DNA of 64,000 bases from Botryllus schlosseri (taxonomy: Eukaryota): positions 22,632,001 to 22,696,000 of the forward strand of contig CM119371.1 in the NCBI GenBank assembly GCA_051294905.1, written 5' to 3'. The notes below the pieces were generated by a model that was not told where the DNA came from, did not search any database, and saw only the letters and a list, made by a program, of their open reading frames with translations. This document shows, in pieces, positions 26,128-38,851 of this stretch (position 1 is its first letter; every line of letters starts with the position of its first letter). The translations under genes and the position numbers were made by a program.

Positions 26128-26485
26128 GTATAGATTCCCTCCATACTTTTCGCCAAACGTATCTACGGAAGAGATGGAGTTTCCCATCGCGTACTCAATC
26201 CTCGCTCACAAAAACGCCAATCAAATTTTGATGCTGCTCAGCGCCATTTACCGGGACCATAATATCCATTGCCTACATATGGATGCGAAAACAAGTCAAG
26301 AGACGTACGAAGCCGTGCTACATGCGACTACGTGCTTTCCAAATGTCTTCCTCTCCACTGTTCGGATAAATGTGCGATACGCTCACGTGTCAAGATTGCT
26401 AGCAGACATCGCTTGCATGAAAGATTTACTGGCCGTACCGAAACAGATATATAATTGGAAATATCTCATCAACCTTTGCTCTCAG
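26128..26485 (+). CDS. GCNT: GCNT-like paralogue B, coding exon 2
   Basis: gtgacag|G TAT AGA..., giving STEEMEFPIAYSILAHK...IHCLHMDAK...CFPNVF...SRLLADIACMKDLL...WKYLINLCSQ|gtaggc. Confidence 0.95.
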
Positions 26486-27510
26486 GTAGGCGAAACTAAC
26501 ATAAGAGACAATGATTTTTTGATTAGGGTTCTCATTCGATACACAAGTATAATTTAACGGGACCTGGCGTTTCAATTTATATCTGTTATGTGTGAGTGTA
26601 TGAATGAATGTATAACTGACAAACATCGCCGAGCTGTCCTTCCTGTCCTGGAGTTTCAGACATATCATTACTAATACTAAATGTGGGAAATGATAAAGAG
26701 TGCAGTTAGAGCTTGTGCGCCGTGGCATTAATCATATATACGAGTCAGAAATTCAAATAGAGTGGATACAGCTGAACACGAATTGTACCTCTTATGTCGA
26801 AATGCTGAGATATGTTAGTAGGAGAGGTCAGCTATATGCGAAGAAAAATATTTACGCGGCGTATAAATGTTCTGTGAAATTGATGCGAGGGATAATTCCT
26901 GATGAAATATGTGACAGTATCAAATATGTAACAGGCAATCAGATTTGATAATTGTTCAATTCCAGTTACGTGCAATCTACGATGTCTTGAGCGCATTCGG
27001 GCGGAATGATATTATGTTACTTTAGACAATTTTATAGTCGTCGTGTAAAAAAACGAAGTCATTGACGCAAACCTTTAACGTGATAACCGCTATCTTCTTT
27101 GACGTATAGCTAATTCTAAATATCCAACTTCCCACCAATTCCAACTTTCCGACATGTACGAACCATGTCTCTCGATATTATGATGCAGCAGTGTTCGTCG
27201 AGAAGACAGCAATGCCCAAGTGCAATTTTACTACATTTATGCTCTAGTATAAGCATAGCAATTATTTCTACACCTTTCAATTGCTTGTATAATGACTGTG
27301 ACCAGTCGATCGGTCGTGCAATGCATTTGTACTCAGGTTAACATCGAGCTAACGTGATGTTGATAATTGCCAGGTTCAGGCTGGTTTCACGTTAGAAAAC
27401 GAGAACGATGGATACATTAACACACCTTTGATAAACTGCCAAAGATGACGAAATTAGTGCGTCGACAAATCAAAGCTAGATGTGCGACCACATAACGCAT
27501 ATTTACACAG

Positions 27511-27635
27511 GACTTTCCTACTCGAACAAATTTGGAAATCGTACGCCAGCTCAAAGAATTTCGCGGGTTCAACAGTATCGGTGGATATTCCGAAATCAAT
27601 GACGAGACGAAGAAACGTACGCAATACGTTTGGAA
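27511..27635 (+). CDS. GCNT: GCNT-like paralogue B, coding exon 3 (not in ORF track)
   Basis: tttacacag|GAC TTT CCT reads DFPTRTNLEIVRQLKEFRGFNSIGGYSEINDETKKRTQYVWK|gtgag, matching the GCNT DFPxKTNLEIV motif. Phase 0 in, phase 2 out. Confidence 0.93.
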
Positions 27636-27955
27636 GTGAGATTTGTCTGATAAGATTTTTGTAAATGGATGACGTTGCATCATTGTTTCGTAAACTTATA
27701 GTAACTTTGCGATAGATTTATATTCAGTATATTTAAATGTATATAAATAGTTACTTCGTTGTACACAAGTTGATGTTTGAGATTAAATAAACGTATTAAG
27801 GCAATGAATGTTTTAATCAATGTAATCTGGAAATTCTATACCACGTACCCGGCTATCACAGATTGATTGAAATCTTATCACAAAACTGTGATGATGCGCG
27901 ATGTACAATAATCTTGCGATCATAGAAAATCAAAAAATATTTTGCTACTTTGCAG

Positions 27956-28284
27956 ATTATCAAATTTAACGCGGAATGGCGTGACGGAACAACGCCCAGT
28001 CTGGACAAATGAAGTTCATACCGCTCCTCCATTCAATATGATTGTGGTGAAATGCCTGGCGTATAACTTCTACACGAGGGAATTCCTGCAGTGGGCACTC
28101 ATAGACAGCGAAGTCGGGCCTGCGTTATTGGAATGGAGCAAATATACCTACAGTCCTGACGAACACTTTTGGTTGATGCTGCATAGATATCCAGGTGCCT
28201 CCGGTGGATCCGAGCCTGCGACAGGATACCAAATAGCGAGGAAAATACTGTGGGGATATGGCAACAGAAAGACATCGTGTCATG
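27956..28284 (+). CDS. GCNT: GCNT-like paralogue B, coding exon 4 (catalytic SPDE)
   Basis: ctttgcag|A TTA..., giving TAPPFNMIVVKCLAYNFYTREF...LLEWSKYTYSPDEHFW...ARKILWGY...SCH G|gtgggc (phase 1). Confidence 0.92.
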
Positions 28285-28458
28285 GTGGGCTGACTAGTTA
28301 GGTAATACTCTTCTGGTGTTGTTTACTTTTTAAACCACAGTTACACATCTTTGTCAACGGGTGGGATGCCGGTCATAAAAATTCGTGAAAGTTATATACA
28401 ACATGGGTGTCTTTTGGAAAATATCTCCTAGATATCAATTACAATCATTATTCATCGG

Positions 28459-29337
28459 TAGGGCGATTTTTCCTGACCTAAAAAACGGAAGATTTTGACT
28501 TGAAAAAAATCAAAATCTGACATGTTTTCACGTTAACAATCTTATCTTTCTTACCAAATTTGACTTAGCGTATGCACACAAGGTGTTTCCCCACATAATG
28601 TTAAAATTTCACTACTTTTCCCACATAATATCAGAATTGTACTGCTTATCTTCATTTCTGGTTGAAACTGTCTACCCTTACGAAGTAGTTTGGCCCTTTT
28701 TGCCTCAAAACTGTCAAATTTTTACATGAAAAATCTTTATTTTAACGAAATCTGACGATATGAAGAATTCCAGTAGTTACATGACGTATGATTGTAGAAA
28801 TAGTTTAAATAAATTGTGTAGTACAACGAAAGATACTTTCCTACATTCTCGGGTAAAAAATGTCTGTCCTTACCAAGTAGCTTGCCAAGAACGCAGGAAG
28901 AACGTGCAACAGCAGCAGTAGTTGGTTGACAACACTGAAGTGGTGCGTAGTGGTTGCTTCATTCTGACAACATCACATTTTCATCATTGGCTTGATATAA
29001 GGAACATACAATGCCTTGCTTCATTTAGGATATAGCGGTACTTTGACCGTAACATTATGTCCACCTATTTTTTTCATTTATTTGTTTCACCGTTTATGAT
29101 TCGCAATGAACAGACAATGGGCCGTCTACAATTGTAGGGCTGTAGGCCTATGAAGTTGGCTACAAGCTGTAAGATGTCAAATGATCAGTTCACCAACAGT
29201 GCAAAATCTACAATACAAACGAAATGCAGGTTGCAAAAAAGTTTTTACCTAGTAAACAATTTTGACATCTTCTGACCCAACGCCACAGTTTTGACCTAAT
29301 TTTGACTCTTTTTGACATGTCAAAAAAAATCGCCCTG
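28459..29337 (+). mobile_element. hAT-type MITE, TAGGGCGATTTT family, GCNT B intron 4
   Basis: TAGGGCGATTTTT / AAAAATCGCCCTG; TSD TTCATCGG/GTCATCGG; TTTTGAC subterminal repeats. Confidence 0.88.
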
Positions 29338-30197
29338 GTCATCGGTGAACATGATGACGTCAAACAGCCGTACTAATTATCACACATCCAATTACTTGCT
29401 ATATAGTAAAGCTATTGAGAAAACCGATGGATCCTCTTGTAAATCTGAAAAAATAATAATAATATTAACAATCAGCAATGTAATATAGCTTCATTGTGAT
29501 TTTATAGGTCATGGCACATTGTTGAATTTTTATATCGTACTTTATGTGAGCATTTAAAATCTATTGATGTTTCATATTTTTGTTTTCGCAAACAGTAATA
29601 ATCCTGTTACGTCTATCGTATTTGGGTGCAGATTTTGCTGCGAACAATCCAGCAGACCTGAAGCGGGGATGTCGGGCCACTTAAGCTCTCGACCTTGATA
29701 GATATAATCATAAACCGAGTCGAATGACTATACTTGAGTCATACAAGATAGCCTACATAGAGTTCGAATTAGGGTCCACAATCTCAAGTGGTTTGAGAGA
29801 AGACTTCTCGGTTATACATTTAGATACCGGGTTCGCCAAGTTCCATCACTGCTTGTATCGTTGTCAGCGCAAGTGGGCATGATATTTTCGTTAAGGGAAA
29901 TTAACTTTCATCACAGTGCATCAATTAAAACATTGGCATCAAGGCAATCCAATTCAAGTCCGTAATCAGAGACAAGATGAAGCCTTATATTGTCGATAAT
30001 GTCCTTAACCGAGGAGGATTGGATGAAAGTATACTATTAGGATTTTGTTTTATATAATATATACTGTTATACACGTACAAAACATAAATATAATATCCCT
30101 CGCTCTGTAACCTTTTTTCATAATGGCCCCTTTGAAAGTTTAGAAAATTGACGCCCTCCTTATGTTTTCAACTTTCAGCTATCCTGTTTGCATTGAG

Positions 30198-30745
30198 CAG
30201 GGCCGTACCCAAGTCAGAAGGCTCCGAGTCACAAGTCAATCTCACTTATAGTTTTGACTCAAGTCAAGTCGAGTAATTTACAAATCACCACTGAGTCAAG
30301 TCCGAGTGCAAGTCAGCAAGCAGAGGGTCGAGTCCGATTCATGGTAGTATGACTCAAGTCCGAGTCGAAATCATTGTATTGGCTGCTCAGTTCAAGTTTT
30401 AAGTCTTGTGAAACCCGTATTTTATAACTCTACTTGGTGATATCGGATGGTTCGAAATTCTAATTTTCCCCACTTTTAGTGGTTTCTGGTCGCATTTTCA
30501 AGTACCAGTACCAATAGACGAAATCCCAATAGTGTCGTAACATTACTATTCTTCAAAATTTCAATGAATTGTCGGTATTGGCCATCTGAGTCTCGGGTCA
30601 TATGACTTGTTTCGAGTCATGCGCAACGACTCCAGTCCAAGTCCAGTCAATTCACAGATTGAGTCGAGTCGAGTCGAGTCGAGTCAATTCCGTATTTTGA
30701 GAAAATGACTCGAGTCGAGTCATGACTCGAATCATTACTACCCTG
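30198..30745. mobile_element. hAT-type MITE with (GAGTC/AAGTC)n subterminal arrays, GCNT B intron 4
   Basis: CAGGG...CCCTG ends; TSD GCATTGAG/GCATTGAT. Confidence 0.75.
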
Positions 30746-31151
30746 GCATTGATTGATTTGTTAAAACTGTTCAATATAGAACGCCTTGCTGCCTGCACAT
30801 CAAGTTAAGCCAAGACTATGATAACTTTCCGCATACTTCTTTATTTTAGCAAGGATGACCATTGCGCAAATTTTAAAATAATGGTAATAATAATGATAAA
30901 ACTGAGAAAGTAAACTGATGATCGAGAAGTAGCCTATTGCTGTAAAAGCATTTCTACTAAAATTTTTGGTTATAATGTAGTAGACTTTGAGGTGATGAAT
31001 ATTTCCATGCATACCTGAAAACGCCCAATATCCCTGCTATACTGTATATGTATTTTAATGTATATATAGTCGTATTGATGATAAATGTGTACGTTCATGT
31101 ATAATACCCTGCTTATCATGACTGATACCGTTGTTCGCAAATGCTCTTCAG

Positions 31152-31390
31152 GGGAATGGAGGCATGGGATATGCGTTCTGGGAGCGGAAGATGTTCACCG
31201 GGCGATCCCAACGAGGGACTTGTTCATAAATAAATTCGATGTGGCGTTGGACAGTACCGGGCCAATATGTATAAGGCAAATGCTTGACGAAAGGGCCTAT
31301 ATTCCGAAAGAAGAACGAAGCATTGGAAATGAAGACAAATTGCCAGACATTCCGCCCCAATCATTCTTTAAGACGTCGCGAGTAACTTGA
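31152..31390 (+). CDS. GCNT: GCNT-like paralogue B, last coding exon
   Basis: ctcttcag|GG GAA TGG reads (G)EWRHGICVLGAEDV...LFINKFDVALDSTGPICIRQML...stop TGA 31388-31390. The five exons sum to 1410 nt = 469 aa plus stop. Confidence 0.92.
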
Positions 31391-32242
31391 AATATGATCA
31401 GCTTTCCTTGAGATTTGGCTTAGACTTTCAAAGTCTTCCTTCCCAAAAACTTTCAAACGCACTGAGACCTGAGACCCGGTTTAAACTGCCAAGAAGCGTT
31501 CTTGTCGTTATGCTGCATCCACAGTGTCATGGAGAACAAAGATTTTTGTTAGCTAACGCTCTACTGGCGAGGACACGTAGCGTATCAGATAATAGTGCAT
31601 CTTCCTGATGGCTTACATGAATTGTGATTGTTATGGCGTTATGTTGTGCTTCCGTTGACTCAAGGTCTGTGTCTATATTCCGTAGTCCTGATAGTATAGC
31701 TGAGTTTCTATTAGGTTCTAGAAACACCTGGCTTGGCATAGATTCCAATTATTGCATAGATTCTAATTAGTTAGCATAACAATATATGACGGTACAAAGC
31801 CCGAAATAACTAGCAGAAAATCTCCGTGACTAAACTGGAATTCCTTAAAATACCATTCACGATGTCTCGGTAATCCCATTTCCTCAGTGATGAAATGGTG
31901 ATGGCGATCTTTTCCGTCACTCTAATGAGACAGTCAGTTAAACGGCATCAGTGTGTGCCTAGAAAACACAATATGTCTGTCACTCAGACGATTGGAAAGA
32001 TACATTTAAATGAGTTGTCAGTCAATTCATTTGCTAGTTGAGGAGCTCCCTATCCCAACGTGGGGTCAGCAAATAGTTACCTGTGCTTGTAAGTAATTTG
32101 TGCCTACTTCTACTATACTTGCTCAATTGCTCAATATTTACTACTGCGGAAGCATCGATATAGACTTTATTAAACATGGATTATGCGGATCTGGTGACTC
32201 GAAAGAGCCTAGCTAAAACTCCAATACTACGGTAGGTATGGG

Positions 32243-33825
32243 CAGGGGGTCTCAACCTGGGGGGCGCGGGAGGCTCTCAGGGGGGGGGGGGCGAGAAATT
32301 GTTGTCAATTTTGTCAATGACTGTATAAATTTTGACTAAACGTGTTTCACAACCATTCTGAAGATACGATTATTGAAGATTAAACTTAATTCGTATTCTA
32401 GAAAGCTTGCCAAACTCAAACTCCAGCAGTCGCGCTCAACGGAGTATAGGCTGACTTCAACTTCATTTGAGCAAATTTTTTATATTCTTTGAAGATTTAG
32501 TGAAATTCCTACGTGCAAGTCATTCATTACTTTATAGCTTTGGCAGTAGCCTAAATCTCGGTGCGCTAGGTAGCTGCTGTTATAGCTGGCGAACTGCACA
32601 TGTGTTTCACAACCATTCTGGAATAACGATTGTTGGAGATTAAATTTAATTCGTATTCTAGAAATCTTGCCAAACTCAAACTCCAGCAGTCGCGCGCAAC
32701 GGAGTATAGTCTGACTTCAACTTCATTTGGGCCAATTTTTGATATTCTTTGAAGATTTAGAGCAATTCCTACGTGCAAGTCATTCATTACTTTATAGCTT
32801 TGGCAGTAGCCAAAATCTCGGTCCGCTAGGTAGCTGCTGTTATAGCTGGCGAACTGCACTGCACAAGACAGACTTATATGCAATGTAGGTATCCGGTTTC
32901 GCCCTCAATTTGGCTATAAATCAACACAATTTAATTCATTTCAAAAACTGATCAAATTTAGCATGGCAGGACAGAACGACGCCGTGCTCTTTGTAGTCAC
33001 TACCAGCATCAGGATTATTCTCAGTGCAACCTACCTTGAAATGAATGGATGTCCTTTTCAATGTTTTTTTGTTATTTTCAAACAAGTTTGGGGAGGTTTG
33101 TCAGCAATGTAAAAGACTAAACAACTGGATTGCGGATTCAAAACTGGCGTAAGATATACCTTATGTATACTATTAGATCAGGGGTGAGCAGCCCGTACGG
33201 CCGCATTCGGCCGTAGAAGGGAATTTGTGCGACCGTCGACGCCTAATTCTGTTGGTATGTGTTGGCAGCCGTAGACATGCAAATTGCATCACTCCCGAAT
33301 TTTCGAGAGATTTTATTTAATCTTGAAATTTTCTTCGCGCTCCGCGCAATTCAAAAGACTTCATTTTTCGATTTTAATGCAGTAGCGCCCTTCTTAATTG
33401 GAGCAGGAATGGGAATCCTCAAGAAATAACAATTCATTCGCGGCTCTGAAAAATGTTCGCGCTTGGCGCGACAATATGCACTCCCAGCAACTATTCATAA
33501 CATTGCCACTCGCGATTTCTGTGCGTAGGCTACAATAGGCCGTTGTGAAAAATAGAATAGTCCGGAGTTCACCGGGAATGGATATGGACAGATTACCATA
33601 GGTTTTTTGCGTCCAGATCGTTCATTGCGGCTATGCCCTGGAATGCGGCCTTAGGCTACATAAGTAATCGAAATGCGGCCATGATTAGCAGGAAGGTTTC
33701 CCACCTCTATATTAGATGATGTGCTCTTTACGACATGACGATAAATGTAAGGGGAGTCAGGGGGGGCGCGATTTTTTTGACCATCGCCAAGGGGATCGCG
33801 TGTCAAAAAAGGTTGAGAAGCGCTG
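32243..33825. mobile_element. Charlie-type hAT element with internal ~260-bp tandem duplication (32341-32860)
   Basis: CAGGGGGTCTCAACC / GGTTGAGAAGCGCTG; TSD GGTATGGG/GGTATAGG. Confidence 0.8.
33179..33709. mobile_element. Charlie-type MITE nested in 32243-33825
   Basis: CAGGGGTG... / ...CCCACCTCTA; perfect TSD TATTAGAT; CGGCC motifs. Confidence 0.82.
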
Positions 33826-36438
33826 GGTATAGGTAATTTAAATTGTTTTTCGGTAACTTGGATTTTTATCAAGTGAGTACCTGAATCTCGTGGGATTTTT
33901 GCTCCGTACGCCTTTTACGCAGTTTCCTTTGGAGAAAGAAATATGAAGGTTAAAAGACTCAAACGTTACCGGCCGACAAATTATCGATTGATCCCCGCCA
34001 AACGCACTCGCACCTTTATTCGTCTTGGCAGGTACCACAAGCAGTGGCTCTAGAATAGGATCAAAACTGGGTTTGGTGGTCTGAAGCTTTGGCCAGAGCA
34101 TGAGGAAGCACACCTAATTTTCCAAGTGCACTGGTGAAATACAAGTTGTTAGGCAGAGTGGATTTCTCGTCCAAGCGCAATGAAGATAATTGCTCATTTG
34201 TCTACCCCTACCAGCATGAAGCGCTTGTATAAAGAATAAGGATACTCGATCTCAGGTGATTCACGCAAATAAATTTATTATATTTCATGAATTGTATCTT
34301 ATGGTTGCAAACGATTAAAAGTAAGTTTCTCTCTAAAGCCGGCCTGGGCAAAGTGCGGCCCGCGAAGCTATTCTGTGCGGCCAGCGAGAGGTTGCTTCAA
34401 ATTCGAAATATAAAACTTACTTTTTAATGTTGCTGCGTGGACCAAAACCATAGGATGTATAACTATAAATCGAACCGCAAATTAGTTTACTAGCGAGCCT
34501 GATCATTAGCATGGCATGATTACGCAGTCTATACGTACCTCACAAGCTTACATGTAATCCAGATTCGAAATAAAGTCTTAATGCAGCAGATTGTACCGTT
34601 ACAATCAAAGTCACAAGAAGTCACCATACCTTCTCTATTGCCATTGTCACATTACGCATTGCACGGTCTGTGTTTCAAATTGTTACGTGATGCGTTTCCA
34701 AATCCCTAATTCGTAAAACAATTCGACCAGTCCCCGTGATTTCTGTGAGTCATCATCACCCATAAAGGATGTCAAAAATAAAAATAAAACGGAAATTTTA
34801 AATTCAAAGAAAATCTGTTTACAGGGGTCAGGGGTAAACCAGTCCGTTTAGTAGTTGATACCGAGCAGGTCGCCGTGTTTAAGGAATATGATATAAGTCG
34901 GTTTTATGACAAAAACACGAATACATGCACTCGGTCAAGGGACGGGGAACTTCAGAAGAATCGCAAGCTTGGCTGAACAACAAGACCAATTCACCCAGCA
35001 GCATACTACTCGGAATCCAGTGACTAAGATAATAAGCTTTATATAGTATCCCAAGGACCAAGGACCGTAACTGCCGCACCCCAAACCCCCAAATTGGGCT
35101 CGGGCGAGCTTGAAAGGGCCCAAAATTATTTCATGAATTAATATAAATTATAGCGTATTTTTTGGAAAATTTACGCAACTTCTGTCAAACTTTTTTCGCC
35201 CTACGCGCGATTTAGCGACCAATGGATTATAGAATTAGGCATTTCGACGCCGGCCATTACCGCGCCACGACGCATCAAGACATATGAAGTTTTGCAGAAA
35301 AGGGCTACCCTTATGTTGACTGAAAACCACGATGTCAAATTGTCCATTGGCAATATTTGGCAGTAAAGAAACACCAATTTGGAATCGTGTGGGTTTAGTA
35401 CGCTTTGGCAATAGAAAAAATTTCGTTCAGAAGTAGTGTTTAAAATGTGCATCCCGATGGGAGTGGTTTGGAGGCAACTTTGGTTTATAACTCTATGGTG
35501 GGTCTAAGACGAACGTTTTTTAAGGGGGCTGACGAATGGCTGTTTCGGCCATCCCAAATACATTTTAATGTATTGATAGAAAAACGTGGATAGGGGTTTA
35601 AAGGGAGTTCAAAATGTATCATGTGTAACATTGTTTCGATATATGACGGCGAATAAATATTTAATTGGTAATTAACCGTCACTTCTTCATTCTCCAATAT
35701 CAACATATCCACTGAGCACCATTTAGTGTAATTCACTGCTTTCAATTAGGAAATAAAATCAATACATTAGAGCAGTGCTTTTCAACCTGTGTGACGGTTC
35801 GCACTCGTGCGAATGAAAAAAATTGCAGTGCGAATGACGAACAAGGTGCGAACGGTGCGAATGAAAATCCCGGATGAGTGCGAATGAAAATCGTGAATAA
35901 TAATTGCTTTTCAAATAAACATAATACGAAATTCAACGGCAGTGTAACTTTGGTTGTTGCGACGCAATTGCAAAAACTTGTTTAACTTACGACGCACCAC
36001 TAGTCGTAGCTCTCACAAGCCGTAGTGAATTGATATTTTCGCACTATAATTATTACGTAACCAAAACCCTGGTTTGGAACCTGGTGTAGTGACAGACATA
36101 TAGCAGTTCGTCAGAGGCTGGGAAAATGACGTTAAATTCACTTTCTGCTTACTTTCGATAAACAATCATCAATACTTCCGTAATACCTGTTCGATTAGTG
36201 CTAGGCACGAGGACAGTAGTAAATACTATCATTACAGACTGCCATTTGCAAGTTACAGTAACGCAAATTTTACCCTTTCAGGGGTTATTAAAGTATAGAC
36301 CACAAAGGGTATAATTTTGGGTCGACACGGTGCCAGGGGTGCCAGGACTATCCGTCTGTTCGGCGTAGCCAGCCGAAAAAAGGGGAGGGTGGTTGAAATA
36401 AAAGGACGGGTTCGTTTTATACCGAATTTAGTAATATA

Positions 36439-37138
36439 CAGGGCCGTAACAGCACTTCGTCAGCCCCCCAAAACGTTGGTCCTGGGCCCCCATATGGTGA
36501 TAAACCGAACTTCAGTGAGCAAGCGCTAAGCGCGAAAATTTTCGATTATTCATGATATAATCGGTCAATAAGATCGGGAATTGCATATATATTGCTGTCA
36601 ATGTCTTGTCCTCTCTGCTCACGTAATGAGTTTTACCGGTAGAGCTGAGTGAGGTGTCTTTGAAACTGTACAGTCCGTAAATAATGATTGAACAATGAAC
36701 ATCTTCGGGCGGGCGGACCCGTTGGTATGACTTCGTTACATGTTATTTGGTGACCTCCTGTCTGCTATATCAAAAATATAGAATCGCTCAAACGTACTAG
36801 ACTGAAAGATCACACGGTTTCGGATTGGTATTTCTTCACTGGCATATAATTTTTTCCTGCAGGATGGTATTTGTTTTGTGTGTTTGTCTCGCTACGATCG
36901 TTCTGGCACACTTTTTGGAGTCGCATGTTTCATGGCCTAAAACGTTATATGTCTTTGTGCTTCGTGCCGCGGTAATTGCCAACGCCGACGTACCCATTTC
37001 TATAAATCTTGCGTATTTTTTCTTTGGGGAAGAGCACCCAATAATCAAGATATTTGGCGACTTGAAATTGCGCCTAGCGCGAAATATTTTTGAAAATATT
37101 GCATAAATTGGGTTTGGGGTGCGGCAGTTACGGCCCTG
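36439..37138 (+). mobile_element. CAGGGCCGTAAC-family element nested in 35773-38265
   Basis: CAGGGCCGTAAC / GTTACGGCCCTG; perfect TSD GTAATATA. Confidence 0.9.
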
Positions 37139-37419
37139 GTAATATAGCATCAATTCATTAGGGTTAAGTACATGCGTAAATAACGATTATACAACATCCT
37201 CGTGTTGACGATTATACGCTTATGATAAGCTTGTCGACGAGTCCGAAAGAGCTGTTAATTGGCACTCCCTGATCTGTCGTGAACAATTGAATACCCGCGC
37301 TTACCAAGGCATCGAACAATAAAATACGCGCGCTGACCAATGCGTCTTACGTAGCCCCGGCCAAAGTATTTAAGGCCCAAGACGTGGTAGTTAGTCTAGC
37401 GATATCTTTCGTATACTAG

Positions 37420-37552
37420 GCCTATTGCAAATGCGATTGTGCAGGCCAGCGATGATATCGTGCGCAACAAGCCAATGCAGATGCGATTGTGTAGACCAGC
37501 GATGATATCGTGCACACAGGGCCAATTGCAGATGCGATTATTCAAGCCAGCG
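37420..37552. repeat. ~50-bp minisatellite, about 2.6 units
   Basis: gccaatgcagatgcgattgtgtagaccagcgatgatatcgtgc unit; gatgatatcg recurs at 37451 and 37501. Confidence 0.8.
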
Positions 37553-38851
37553 GAACTAGGCTTGTTCTAGACGCGATAAATCAGGCTAGCAACGATTGCC
37601 GAGCGCGCGGCTATAAATGAACTGATTTCGCAATTATCTCAGCGGGAGATCGTGTCGCTCGTGTCACGTTACATTTGCAGTGCAATGCGCAATGACGAAT
37701 CTCGCTAATTGGTACCACGCCTTTCGTTATTTGGCCGCGTGCAACACTGATAATACGACTTATTGAATTGCAACCGAGTATTAGGGTCTGAAGGGCCATT
37801 TCAAAAGGATGGGGTTTCACGTTTAAGGAGGGGTTTCGCGTTTCCAAAGGGACAATAGCACATTTTGAGTAACGTCGACAATATTTTTAAACAGAAATGA
37901 ATTTCAGTACTGGGCGTTCTTCTGAAAACAGATCCCGGGCCGCAAAATATGACATCGCGGGCCTCATGCGACCCGCGGGCCGCGTGTTGGTGACCCCTGC
38001 TTTAAGACCTGACCATCCAAGCACTAGTTAACTAGTAGACGGGTTTTAGTGAAATAGCTGAAATCAAAACGAGCGAAAATAGTAGCATTTATCAAGAGAC
38101 ACTTGATAGCTTAAGATACATAGTAGCCAATTTGTTGCACATCTGAGCAAATAAATGTTGTATTTTCATCTTCTTTTTGTATATCAATATTCGGTTAGTC
38201 TGTGCGAATGAAATTTATTTTACAAAAAAAGTGCGAATGAAGCTCAAAAAGGTTGAAAAGCACTGGACTAGAGTAAAGTTACAAGTGACATGTAGTGTTA
38301 CGTGATAATAGCCGTGTTGAGATCAAGTCAAGTCACTCGATTTTTGGAGGTGACTCGAGTCAAGTCGAGTCAAGTCAAGTCAAGTCAAGTCACGAGTCAA
38401 GTCACAATTCAAGTCAAGTTGCCTTTTCGAAGTATGAGGCATGATTACGGCATTGCATTTTGCTAGCTGTCTGAAATGCAGATTGACTGGTGACTGATTT
38501 TGAACCGATGAACGAATATAGAGTTGAGTATACACGCAAGAAGGCGCTGTATCGCTCACATATACGTAGAACTGCAAAACTACGTAACAGTAATTGCATA
38601 GCCTCAGTTTATTGTTACCAGCCAAAATAGAGAATAGAGAAACGAATCGATAATATGCAACAGGCTACATTACCCATTTGCAAATAGATATGATACAATT
38701 CGAGCCTGCGTCAATGGATGAGGACTACATAAACTATATTCGAATTCAATTTCAATAAAACAATAGGTTTGGTTAAGGTAAGAACAGAGAACAGAAATAT
38801 ATATTGTGCAATTAACTTATTTTACTATACTAGTTTACCGACAACGTAAGT

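Larger units (their letters stand above)
35773..38265. mobile_element. Charlie-type hAT element hosting nested insertions
   Basis: TIR CAGTGCTTTTCAACCT / AGGTTGAAAAGCACTG; TSD CATTAGAG/GACTAGAG; GTGCGAATGA subterminal repeats at both ends. Confidence 0.82.
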
